64,000 nucleotides of DNA from Myxococcota bacterium (GTDB lineage: Bacteria; Myxococcota_A; UBA9042; PHBI01; JAWLBL01). The stretch covers positions 192,865-256,864 of the forward strand of contig JAWLBL010000010.1 in the NCBI GenBank assembly GCA_041687695.1, in the 5' to 3' direction. Positions 36,947 through 46,500 of the stretch are shown here, in pieces (the stretch's first letter is position 1; each line of letters opens with the position of its first letter). The notes below the pieces were generated by a model. The model worked only from the letters and a program-made list of their open reading frames with translations, had not been told where the DNA came from and did no database searches. The translations under genes were made by a program, and so were the position numbers.

Positions 36947-37726
36947 ATGCGCTATCCGACGTCGACAAGACCGCAGGTCCACTTCGACTGGCGGCCCACC
37001 CCGATGGTCAAGCGGCTGCTGTTCATCCACTTCGGCATCTGGTTGGCCTTCAGCATCATGGTGAACTTCGCAGGGTCGGAGGCGGCCGCCGTGATGCACG
37101 GCCGTCACCTGGCCCTGACGCCGACCACCGCCGTGTACGAGCTGCACTTCTGGCAAGTGTTCACGTACATGTGGCTGCACGACCTGCAAGCGGCCATGCA
37201 CATCATCGGCAACATGCTGGCCCTGTTCTTCCTGGGCCCATCGCTCGAGCGGCGTTGGGGCGGGCGGGACTTCTTGCGCTTCTACATTGCCAGCGGCGTG
37301 GTCGCCGGCGTCGTGAGCGTCATCCTGGGCCTCGTCGCCCCGGCCACCTTCGGCGGCTCGGTCGTCGGCGCCTCGGGCGCGACCATGGCCATCCTGGCGG
37401 CCTTCGCCTTCTCGATGCCGAACGCGCGCATCCTTCTGTTCTTCGTGCTGCCGCTCAAGGCCAAGTGGCTGCTGTGGGGCGTCGTCGCCATCGACACGCT
37501 CACCTTCTTCGTCGGCCGCGGCGACCACGCCTGGCACACCCACATGGGCGGCATCCTGGGCGCGTGGCTGCTCATCACGGGCAACTGGCGGCCCCAGCTG
37601 CTGGTCGACCGCGGGCGCCTGTGGTGGCTGCGGCACGTCAAGCAGCGGCGGCTGAAGAAGGTCGGCCTGCGGGTCATCCCGGGCGGCAAGGAGGGCAAGG
37701 CCCCGGAGCGGCGCTACCTGAACTGA
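36947..37726 (+). CDS. Rhomboid family intramembrane serine protease
   Basis: WQVFTYMWLH, HIIGNML, GASG (catalytic Ser), THMGG (catalytic His). Confidence 0.92.
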   Translation: MRYPTSTRPQVHFDWRPTPMVKRLLFIHFGIWLAFSIMVNFAGSEAAAVMHGRHLALTPTTAVYELHFWQVFTYMWLHDLQAAMHIIGNMLALFFLGPSLERRWGGRDFLRFYIASGVVAGVVSVILGLVAPATFGGSVVGASGATMAILAAFAFSMPNARILLFFVLPLKAKWLLWGVVAIDTLTFFVGRGDHAWHTHMGGILGAWLLITGNWRPQLLVDRGRLWWLRHVKQRRLKKVGLRVIPGGKEGKAPERRYLN

Positions 37727-37797
37727 GCGGCTGGCGGCGCCGCTCGGCTGGGCCGGGCGGCGGCGGTGCGGCGGTTCCGGGCGGCGGGCACCCGGCC

Positions 37798-38382
37798 TCA
37801 GTCCTCGACGGTGATGACCTTGGGCGCCTTGGGGCGCGGAGGACGGGGCGCGCGCTCGGGCGGGATGAAGACGGCGCCGTCGTCCGCGGGCTCGCCGGAG
37901 CGCGGCGACGGGCCGGGAGCGGGTCCGAAGGGGCCGGACCCGAAGGGGCCGTGCGCGTCGAACGGGCCGCGCGGGCCGGCGCCGAAGGGGCCTGCGGCGC
38001 CGGGGCCAAACGTGTGGACGCGGACGCGGCGGGCGACCAGGCGGCCCAGCCCGCCACGGAGCAGGGCGCGGATCGGCGGCAGGAGCAGCAACAGGCCCAC
38101 GGCGTCGGTGAGGTAGCCGGGGGTGACGAGCAGCACCCCTGCGACCAGGATCATGGCGCCGTCGAGCAGCTCGCGGGTGGGCATGCGGCCCTCGGCCGTC
38201 GTGCGCTGGATGCGCTGCAGCACGGACAGGCCCTGGGCGCGGGCGAGCTGAGCGCCGGCGAAGCCGGTCAGCAGGCACACGCCGACGGTGGCCCAGAAGC
38301 CGATGACCTGCCCGACCTCGATGATGAGCAGGAGCTCGGCCAGCGGGACGGCCGTGAAGAGCAGAAACAGCAGCCAACCCAA
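37798..38382 (-). CDS. fxsA: FxsA family membrane protein
   Basis: LFTAVPLAELLLIIEVG..IG, ARAQG, LLVTPGYLTDAVGLLLLLP. Confidence 0.9.
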   Translation of the reverse strand: MGWLLFLLFTAVPLAELLLIIEVGQVIGFWATVGVCLLTGFAGAQLARAQGLSVLQRIQRTTAEGRMPTRELLDGAMILVAGVLLVTPGYLTDAVGLLLLLPPIRALLRGGLGRLVARRVRVHTFGPGAAGPFGAGPRGPFDAHGPFGSGPFGPAPGPSPRSGEPADDGAVFIPPERAPRPPRPKAPKVITVED

Positions 38383-38636
38383 GATCTCGCCTCCCTCGCG
38401 CGCGCGGCCGCCCGGTGTCCTGCACCGGCGGGGGCGACGCGACGGTCACCCTAGGCACGCGGGCGGCGCCGCACAAGGGCCGCCCGCGCATCCAGCGGCC
38501 GCGCCGGGGCGGGACCGGCGGGCGTGGGTGCGACGCCGTACGCGTGGATTGCCGGCGCGCGGTCGCCCTGCTACGGTCCCGCCCGCGTCACCCGAGCAGC
38601 GTCGGGTGACCGGCCACGCGGCCACGGAGAGACCCT

Positions 38637-39896
38637 TTGCTGTCCTGGTTCAAGCACACCGCGCGCGGCGTCTGCATGGGCGTCGCCGACGTCATCCCCG
38701 GCGTCTCTGGGGGCACCCTCGCCCTCATCCTGGGCATCTACGAGAAGTTCATCGCGGCCGTCAGCGCCGTGGGCCCGGGCATGGTGCGCGCCGTGCTCAC
38801 CCGCGAGTTCTGGCGTCGCTTCGTCGCCGGCCTCGAGCGCCCCGGCGCGCAGGGCGACGACGAGGTCGGCACCTATGCCGGCCACGTCCTGTTCCTGGGC
38901 TTCCTGGTGCTCGGCATCGGCCTCGCCTTCGCCGTCGGCGCCCGCTTCATCCCCACGCTGCTGGATCTCTACCCGGCGCAGATGAAGGGCTTCTTCTTCG
39001 GCCTCATCATCGCCTCGATCGTCATCCCCTATCGGGTCATGCGCCACCGCGGCCCGGTGCACCTGCTGGCGTTCGTCCTGGCTTGTGTCGGCACCTACGT
39101 CTTCGTCGGGCTGCCCATCGACCAGTCGGGCAACGCCACCGGCACCGTGACCGTCACCTTCGCCGAGCCCACCCCCGGGCCGACGACCCTGCCGCGCGAG
39201 GGCGTCCTGTTCTCGACGGCACGCCACGACGGCGGCCGGGACATCAAGCGCGAGGTGACCTTCGTCCCGACCACCGACTTCGCCGTCCCGGCCGGAACCC
39301 AGGAGATCGAGGTCCCGGTGACCGCTCAGATCGCGGGCAAGGTCGGCAACGTCGAGGCCGGCCAGATCGCGCGCGTCCACAACCTGCCCGGGGCCACCGT
39401 CGCGCAGGCCGGCCCCATGGCCGGCGGCGTCGATCCCGCGCTGTGGTACATCTTCATCGCAGGCGTCATCGCCATCTCGGCCATGGTCCTGCCGGGGCTC
39501 TCGGGCTCCTTCGTCCTGCTGATGTTCGGCCTGTACCACTTCATGACGTTCAACCTGCGCGCCGCCCTGTATCAGCGGGATCCCGACGCCATGGTCCTGG
39601 TCGCCGTCTTCCTCGCGGCCCTCGCCGTCGGCATCCTGACCTTCTCGCGCTTTCTGCGGTGGCTCCTTCAGCGCGCGCCCGACGTGACGATGGCCGTGCT
39701 CATCGGCCTGATGGTCGGCTCGCTGCGCAAGATCTGGCCCTTCAGCGCGACCACGGCGGACGGTGAGGTCATCAACACGCTGCCGACCGAGCTCGACGCC
39801 CGCGTCGGCATCACCATCGCCCTCGTGATGGTCGGCGCCGTGCTGGTCATCGGCCTCGAGCGCATCGGACGCGCGCGGACCAGCGAGCAGGCCTGA
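38637..39896 (+). CDS. DUF368 (PopT-type undecaprenyl-phosphate translocase family) with a ~100-aa soluble insert
   Basis: GVCMGVADVIPGVSGGTLALILGIYEKFI and FIAGVIAISAMVLPGLSGSFVLLMFGLY, GLMVGSLRKIWP. Confidence 0.9.
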   Translation: MLSWFKHTARGVCMGVADVIPGVSGGTLALILGIYEKFIAAVSAVGPGMVRAVLTREFWRRFVAGLERPGAQGDDEVGTYAGHVLFLGFLVLGIGLAFAVGARFIPTLLDLYPAQMKGFFFGLIIASIVIPYRVMRHRGPVHLLAFVLACVGTYVFVGLPIDQSGNATGTVTVTFAEPTPGPTTLPREGVLFSTARHDGGRDIKREVTFVPTTDFAVPAGTQEIEVPVTAQIAGKVGNVEAGQIARVHNLPGATVAQAGPMAGGVDPALWYIFIAGVIAISAMVLPGLSGSFVLLMFGLYHFMTFNLRAALYQRDPDAMVLVAVFLAALAVGILTFSRFLRWLLQRAPDVTMAVLIGLMVGSLRKIWPFSATTADGEVINTLPTELDARVGITIALVMVGAVLVIGLERIGRARTSEQA

Positions 39897-39899
39897 GGA

Positions 39900-39943
39900 C
39901 GAGGCGCCGCGGCGCCTCGCTCGACGACAGAGCGCCGCGGCGC
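39900..39943. terminator. Palindromic element between convergent DUF368 and ihfB genes
   Basis: 20-bp perfect palindrome CGAGGCGCCGCGGCGCCTCG plus a second copy of GCGCCGCGGCGC at 39932-39943. Confidence 0.4.
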
Positions 39944-39946
39944 GGC

Positions 39947-40285
39947 TCAGACCGCGTCGTGCTCGAGGTCGTCGTCGTCCTCGTCGAGATCGAAGATGGC
40001 GTCGCCGTCGAGCTCGTTGATGCGCTCGCGCAGGTCTTTGCCGACCTTGAAGAACGGCATGCGCTTGGAGTCGACGTCGACCAGCGCGCCGGTCTTCGGG
40101 TTGCGCCCCGTGTACGCGCGGTACTCGCGCACGGTGAAGTTGCCGAACCCACGGATCTCGATGCGATCGCCCGTCTTCAGGGCGTCGATCATCGCGTCGA
40201 AGATGGCGTTGACCGCGACCTCCACCGTCTTGCGCGGAAATCGGCCGCTCGCGACGATGGTTTCGATCAACTGCGACTTGGTCAT
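39947..40285 (-). CDS. ihfB: Integration host factor beta / HU family protein
   Basis: MTKSQLIE, GDRIEIRGFGNF, YTGRNPKTG, PFFKVGKDLRERIN; acidic C-terminal tail. Confidence 0.88.
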   Translation of the reverse strand: MTKSQLIETIVASGRFPRKTVEVAVNAIFDAMIDALKTGDRIEIRGFGNFTVREYRAYTGRNPKTGALVDVDSKRMPFFKVGKDLRERINELDGDAIFDLDEDDDDLEHDAV

Positions 40286-40351
40286 GGGCCGGTCTCCGAC
40301 ACGACAACGGGCGGGCTCCCGAGACACACGGCCCACCTTCAGGACCCCTCC

Positions 40352-40380
40352 CTTATGCCCCCGCGCGTTGGGCACGTCAA
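40352..40380 (-). promoter_or_regulatory. Putative promoter of ihfB
   Basis: TTGACG-N17-CATAAG. Confidence 0.45.
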
Positions 40381-40466
40381 CCGGACCCGGGACCGCAACC
40401 CAGCGAATCGACTGTAACAAAGCGGCGAGCGCGCCGACGCTGGCTCCTCGGGCCGTTCGCCCGCGG

Positions 40467-43424
40467 TCAGGCGCGCCCCGCCCCGTCGCGGCGCCGCGTG
40501 GCGACCCACGCCAGCCAGCCCAGCGCCACGAGCAGCCCGCCCGCGGAGCGTCCGGCGCCGGCGCAGCCCTCGTCCACCTGGCGCAGCGAGCTGCTGCCGA
40601 AGGTGGACTGGCCGACGACGCGCGGCCCGCGCACATCGGCTGAAGGCGCCAGGTCGTCGGCGCCCGCGTCGGGGGTCGCGCCAGCGTCGACTTCGTCCGG
40701 GCCGGCGTCGGGCGTCGGCTCGGGACCGGGCTCGGGACCCGGCTCGGGACCCGGCTCGGGACCCGGCTCGGGACCCGGCTCGGGCTCGGGATCCGGCTCG
40801 ACCGGGACCGGATCGGGTGTGGGGCCAATCAGCCCGTGCACCAACGCGGTCATCAGGTCGGCCCTCGCGCCGGCCCCGGCGACGACCTCGAACGGCAGGC
40901 CCAGCAGGATGAAGCCGCCGGTCCCGTTCGGGCGCAGCACGCCCGCCGCGCCCCCGCCCTGGTACTCGAGGATCACCTGGCCGGCGCCCGTCGCCCCCAG
41001 CACGTCCGCGTACTGGACCTCGTAGGCCGCGCCCCCCGCGACGTGGAAGCTGAAGGCCAGGTCGGCCGCCAGCGTGCCCGCCTTGCCCGACACGTCGGTG
41101 GTCGAGGCCGCGTCGGCGACCAGCGTCGCCCCGAAGCGCTCGGCCAGCCACGCCGGCTCGCCCGCGGCCCCCATCTTGTCCAGGTCCCAGGCGATCTCGG
41201 CCCCGCTCGCGATGACGCTCACCCCGGCCGCGGCCAGCGCGTCGAGCAGCGCCTGCTCAGTCGCGTCGAAGGTCTCGTCGGCCGTGGACTCCTCGCCCAG
41301 CAGCCAGTCGACGAGATCATAGCCCTCGGCGTCGACCAGCTCCGCCGAGGCGGCCTCGTTCGAGGCGCCGTCGAAGTGCTCGCCGACCGCGGCCAGGGCC
41401 TGGGCGTGCTGGCGCACGAAGTCGCGGGTGTTCCGGGTCGGCTGGATGGCCTTGTCGAGCCGGTCGAAGCCGTTGACCAGCAGCACCCGCACCTGGGTGC
41501 CCTTGGGCGCCACACGCGCGGCGAGGACCTCGGTCGGCAGGCTCTCGCCGCCGTCGTTGAAGGCCGTGACCTGCACGTAGACGACGGCGCTCTCGGGCAG
41601 GCCCTCGAGGACCGTCTGGGTCGCCTCGGGGTCGTCGACGGTCGCGTGCAGCGAGAAGCCGCGGCCGTTGGGGCTGGTCCAGACGCGGAAGCCGGTGGGC
41701 GTCGCCGTCGGGTCGAGCACGTCGTCGACCGGCTGCCAGCCGACCCGCAGGTTGCCCTGGCCGTCGTTTTCGACCCACAGGTGGTCCGGCGGCAGCGGGG
41801 TGGCCGCGGCGTCGGGGCCCTCGAGGTAGCGCAGGACGCCCTTGTAGAGCCCACGGGCGATGAGGGCCCGGAAGTCGGCGTCGCCCAGGGCCTTGTTGTC
41901 GGGGAGCTCGGTGTCGTGGAAGGCCGTCTCGATGAGGAAGCCCGGCATGGTCTTCAGCTCGCGCACCTCGCCGAAGTTGGCGGTCTTCTTGCCGCGATCC
42001 TTCCAGCCCGCGTCCCAGTGGGTCTTGATGGCGGCGATGACCTCGTCGTGGGCGAGCGACCTGAGGGCGGCGGAGCCGGGAGATGGCGCCGTGTCGTGGA
42101 TGAAGGTGTCGGTCCCGGTCCCAACGTTCGGGTTGCCCGCGGCGTTCGAGTGCAGGCTGATGTAGACGTCGCCGCCCTGCCAGTCGGCGTACTTGGGCCG
42201 GATGACGACGTCGTTCTGGCCGGCGAGGCTGGCCTTGGCGCCGTCGCCGACGAAGGGGACCCAGACCGAGGCCGACTCCTCCCAGCGCGGGTAGCCGCTG
42301 GCCGGCTGCCCGCCGTTGGGTTGATCGCCGACGCCGCCGCCGACCCGGAGGGCGTCGGCGATGACGTAACCCGCGTGGGCGCTGTCGTTGTGCAGCTTCA
42401 CGACGACCGGCTGGCCGGCCTCGAAGTAGAAGCGGCCGAGCCACACCCAGCGGCGCGAGTTGAGCTGCTGGTCGACCCGCAGGTGCGACTCGCCCCCGGC
42501 GTACTGGATCTCGAAGTGGGCGTCGGGGACGCGGTTGCTGCCCGCGACCCAGCGGGCGTAGACCCCGTACCAGCCGGAGGCCGGCACCGCGTGGGTCCAG
42601 GTGGCGGTGGCGGTCGGCGCGCCCAGCGCCGTCGTCTGCGCGGTCCGGTAGGTCCCGGCCCAGCCGCCCTCGTTCGCGCCGGCCGCCCAGGCGCCGGTCT
42701 CGGTGTACTGCGCCCCGCCCTGCCCCGAGTCGTCCAGCCGGATCTCGGCCGTCTGGAAGTCGCGCTCGCGGGCGACCCAGACCGTGGCGCCGGCGCGCTC
42801 GAGCATCGGCGCCAGCCACTGGCTGATGAACCACTGGGTGATGAAGTCCTCCTTGAGGCCGAAGGTCCAGCCGCGCTGCGTCGACCAGTAGCCGTAGCTC
42901 GTGAACCACCCGTGCCCCGGCGACAGCACGACCACGCGGCCGTCCAGGGCGCCCGGCAGCGCGTCGTCGGCCCAGCTGGCGGCCTGGAGCTGCTCGGGCG
43001 GCGCGGCCGGCGGCCGGGCCGGCGTGACGGCGGCGATGAGGTCGTCGACGCGCAGATCGCGACCGTCGGGCTGGCGGGCGAGCACCTGGAGGTGGTCCAC
43101 GTCGTCCGGGAGCAGGTTGGCGAGGACGTGGGTGACGTGCTCGGCGTCGACCGGATCGAACGGTCCGGTCCAGCGGACGACGGTGCGCAGGTGTCGGCCT
43201 TCGCGCGTGACGGAGACGACCTGGACCGGCAGGGCGTGGGCCGCTTCGTGCTCGGGGCCGTGGCCGTGGGCGGCCAGGGCGGCGGCGGCTTCGGCGGCGT
43301 CGAAGGCGTGGGCGGGCGCGGACGCCACGAGGAGCGCCGCCACGGCGAGCGCGAAGGCGGCGCGGCGGCCGGACTGGAGGGTGGCGGCGCGTCGGCTCGG
43401 GCTTGAGACGTCGGGGGGCGGCAT
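40467..43424 (-). CDS. Secreted multidomain N-acetylmuramoyl-L-alanine amidase (golvesin-like insert, Fn3, Pro/Glu linker, MYXO-CTERM-like tail)
   Basis: VVLSPGHG, KED, YISLHSNA, LIETAFHD; ATWT..GWYGVYARW..WVWLGRFYF..VIADALR; VTAFNDGGES; GCAGAG..LLVALGWLAWVATRRR. Confidence 0.85.
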   Translation of the reverse strand: MPPPDVSSPSRRAATLQSGRRAAFALAVAALLVASAPAHAFDAAEAAAALAAHGHGPEHEAAHALPVQVVSVTREGRHLRTVVRWTGPFDPVDAEHVTHVLANLLPDDVDHLQVLARQPDGRDLRVDDLIAAVTPARPPAAPPEQLQAASWADDALPGALDGRVVVLSPGHGWFTSYGYWSTQRGWTFGLKEDFITQWFISQWLAPMLERAGATVWVARERDFQTAEIRLDDSGQGGAQYTETGAWAAGANEGGWAGTYRTAQTTALGAPTATATWTHAVPASGWYGVYARWVAGSNRVPDAHFEIQYAGGESHLRVDQQLNSRRWVWLGRFYFEAGQPVVVKLHNDSAHAGYVIADALRVGGGVGDQPNGGQPASGYPRWEESASVWVPFVGDGAKASLAGQNDVVIRPKYADWQGGDVYISLHSNAAGNPNVGTGTDTFIHDTAPSPGSAALRSLAHDEVIAAIKTHWDAGWKDRGKKTANFGEVRELKTMPGFLIETAFHDTELPDNKALGDADFRALIARGLYKGVLRYLEGPDAAATPLPPDHLWVENDGQGNLRVGWQPVDDVLDPTATPTGFRVWTSPNGRGFSLHATVDDPEATQTVLEGLPESAVVYVQVTAFNDGGESLPTEVLAARVAPKGTQVRVLLVNGFDRLDKAIQPTRNTRDFVRQHAQALAAVGEHFDGASNEAASAELVDAEGYDLVDWLLGEESTADETFDATEQALLDALAAAGVSVIASGAEIAWDLDKMGAAGEPAWLAERFGATLVADAASTTDVSGKAGTLAADLAFSFHVAGGAAYEVQYADVLGATGAGQVILEYQGGGAAGVLRPNGTGGFILLGLPFEVVAGAGARADLMTALVHGLIGPTPDPVPVEPDPEPEPGPEPGPEPGPEPGPEPGPEPTPDAGPDEVDAGATPDAGADDLAPSADVRGPRVVGQSTFGSSSLRQVDEGCAGAGRSAGGLLVALGWLAWVATRRRDGAGRA
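40717..40776. repeat. Five tandem 12-bp units encoding the (GPEP)n linker
   Basis: GGCTCGGGACC[C/G] x5. Confidence 0.85.
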
Positions 43425-43590
43425 GGCGGTACCTCGCGTGTCGAATGCTCATAGCAGATCTCGGCCGGACGCGGGAGGGCGCGCGCGAGCCCCGCCGGGC
43501 GCGGAAGCGGCGAGAATCGGTCGGACGGGGCTGCCTTCGAGCCGCCAGGCCGGTTATGATGCCCGCCGCTGGATTGGGAGGGAAACGCGG

Positions 43591-46500
43591 ATGACTTTCG
43601 CGGCGACGAGACGGATCGCGGTGGCGTGGCTCGTGGGTGTGGCGCTGGGGGCGGCGGGTTGCGGTGACGGCAGCCTGGTGACGCCCGGCGGCGGCGACAT
43701 CGAGTCGGACTCGACCTTTGGGGGCATCGACGCGGGCAAGGACGCGACGCCGCCCGACGCGACGCCGGACGCCCTGCCGGACACCGCGCCGGACGTCGCC
43801 GGTGACGAGGGGGCCGGCACCGACGCGGGCGGCGACACGGGCGAGTGCGGGGGCGAGTTCGGCTGCCCGTGCTTCTCGAACGCCGGGTGCCTCGACGAGC
43901 TGTGCATCGACGGGCCGGACGGCAAGCTGTGCACGAAGACCTGCTCGGCCTCGTGCCCCGACGGCTTCGACTGCGTCAACACGACGGCGTTCGGCCCCGA
44001 CCCGATCAGCATCTGCGTGCCGCGCCACGTCCGCCTGTGCCGGCCGTGCCAGGCGGACGCCGACTGCCAGAGCCCGGCCGACGGCGGTGGGCTGTGCCTG
44101 CCGGCGCCGAACCCGGCGGACGGCAGCTTCTGCGGCTCGTCCTGCGAGGGCGGGATGCCCTGCCCGTCCGGCTACGCGTGCGCGCCCGTGACCCTGCCCG
44201 GCGGCGGCGAGAGCAAGCAGTGCGTGCCGACCAGCGGCGAGTGCGCGTGCCGGCCGAGCTGGGCGGCGATGAACCTGACGACGACGTGCGCCATCGCGAA
44301 CGCCCACGGCTCGTGCGCCGGGACGCGCACCTGCGGCCCGAGCGGGCTCACGTCCTGCGAGGGGGCCATCCCGGCGGCCGAGACCTGCAACGGCAACGAC
44401 GACGACTGCGACGGGACCGTCGACGACGTGGCCGCCGAGGTGTGCAACCTGGTGGGCGAGCACGGAACCTGCCCGGGGACGACGGCGTGCGACGCCAGCG
44501 GCGCCGAGATCTGCGTCGGACAGCCGGCGGTGGCCGAGGTGTGCAACGGCAAGGACGACGACTGCGACGGGCAGACGGACGAGGCGACCTGCGACGACGG
44601 GCTGGCCTGCACGACCGACACCTGCACGGGCGACGCCATCTGCAAGAACACGCTGACGGCCGGGTGGTGCCTCATCGCCGGCGAGTGCGTGACCGAGGGG
44701 ACGGTGAACCCGGCCGACCCGTGCGAGCAGTGCCTGCCGGCCAAGAGCACCAACGCCTGGTCGGACGTGGATGGGCTGGCCTGCAACGACGGCAACGCCT
44801 GCACCTGGCAGGATCAGTGCCTGGCGGGGGCGTGCACGGGCACGCCGTACGTGTGCAACGACGGCCTCGCGTGCACCAACGACGTGTGCGACGGGACGGG
44901 CGGCTGCCTGCAGACGCTGGTCGCCGGGTCGTGCCTCATCGACGGCAAGTGCTTCGACGATGGGGCCAGCCAGACGGCCGGCGGGTGCCTGGTGTGCAAC
45001 GCGGCGCTCAGCCCCAAGGCGTGGCTGTCGAACGCGGGGGCGGGCTGCGACGACGGCAACCCGTGTACGCACGGCGACGTCTGTAACGACAACACCTGCG
45101 CCGGGACGGCCTACGGCTGCGACGACGGCAACGCGTGCACCATCGACGCGTGCAAGGGCGACGGCACGTGCAGCCACGTGCAGGCCGCCGAGACGTGCAT
45201 CATCGACGGCGAGTGCGTGCCCAAGGGGACGCCCAAGCCGGGCGAGCCCTGCCTGGCCTGCCGCCCCGAGGTGAGCGGATCGGTCTGGAGCCCCGTCGCG
45301 CCGGGCAGCGCGTGCGACGACGGGCTGCCGTGCACCAGCGGAGACAAGTGCACGGCCGGCCTGTGCCAGGGGACGCCCTACGTGTGCAACGACGGCCTGA
45401 CGTGCACCGACGACGCCTGTGACGGCGGCGGCGGCTGCACCCACACGCCCAAGCCGGGCATGTGCGCCATCGACGGCGCCTGCTACGCGCAGGACGCCAC
45501 GGCTCCGGCCAACACGTGCCAGTACTGCAACGCGGCGGTCAGCCCGACTGCGTGGTCGCTCAAGGCGCTGGGCAGCGCCTGCAACGACGGGCAGTCCTGC
45601 ACGACCGGCGACCAGTGCGACAGCACCGGGCAGTGCAAGGGCGTGGGCCTGGACTGCAACGACGGGCTGGCCTGCACCGTCGACACCTGCGACGGCCTGG
45701 GAGGCTGCGTCCACACCCCCCAGAACGCGTGCGTCATCGGCGGCGTCTGCTACGCGGCGGGCGCGACCAAGCCGGGCGAGCCCTGCCAGACCTGCAACCC
45801 GGCCGTGTCGACCTCGGCCTGGACGGCCGGCTCGGGCGCCTCGTGCGACGACGGCAACCTGTGCACCTACAACGACAAGTGCGTCTCGGGCGTCTGCGTC
45901 GGCACCTCCAAGCCGTGCAACGACAGCCTGACCTGCACCGACGACGTCTGCGACGGCAACGGCGGCTGCTCCTTCCCCATCAAGGCCAACCACTGCCTCA
46001 TCGGCGGCGTCTGCTACACCAACGGCACCAGCAACCCCAGCAACGTCTGCCAACGCTGCAGCAGCTCGGTCTTCAACACGCAGTGGTCGGACAACAACGG
46101 CGTCACCTGCTCGGACGCCAACACCTGCACCAGCGGCGACACCTGCCAGAGCGGCGTCTGCGCGGGTAGCCCCATCCTGGACAGCTTCGAGGCGAACAAC
46201 ACCAGCGGCGCGGCCAAGAGCCTGGGCAGCGCCAGCGACTGCGACGACTGGCCCAAGGGCAGCTTCACGGCGACCATCTACCCGAGCGGCGACGTCGACT
46301 ACTACAAGTTCACGGTCTCGGACGACCTCGGGTGCAGCATCTGGCCGCGCGTCGAGCTGACGTCGATGCCGTCGGGCGCCAACTACAACCTGTGCGTCAC
46401 CTACACCTGCAACAAGGGCACGACCAAGCTGGACTGCGACGTCGGCACCAAGGTCGGCTCGAACACGTGCTGCAGCACCAACGCCGGCAGCGTGGCCGAG

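Noticed and set aside
38637..39896. Prophage or contractile injection system remnant around the baseplate-like insert
   Set aside because: No other phage, tail or sheath genes nearby; the insert is in frame within an intact membrane protein.
40717..40800. 12-bp tandem repeat as a regulatory or mobile repeat
   Set aside because: In-frame coding repeat for a Pro/Glu linker of the amidase.
41317..46053. 1578-aa minus-strand ORF and many other long Arg/Gly/Ala-rich ORFs in the track
   Set aside because: Shadow frames of recognisable genes in high-GC DNA; no motifs and low-complexity composition.
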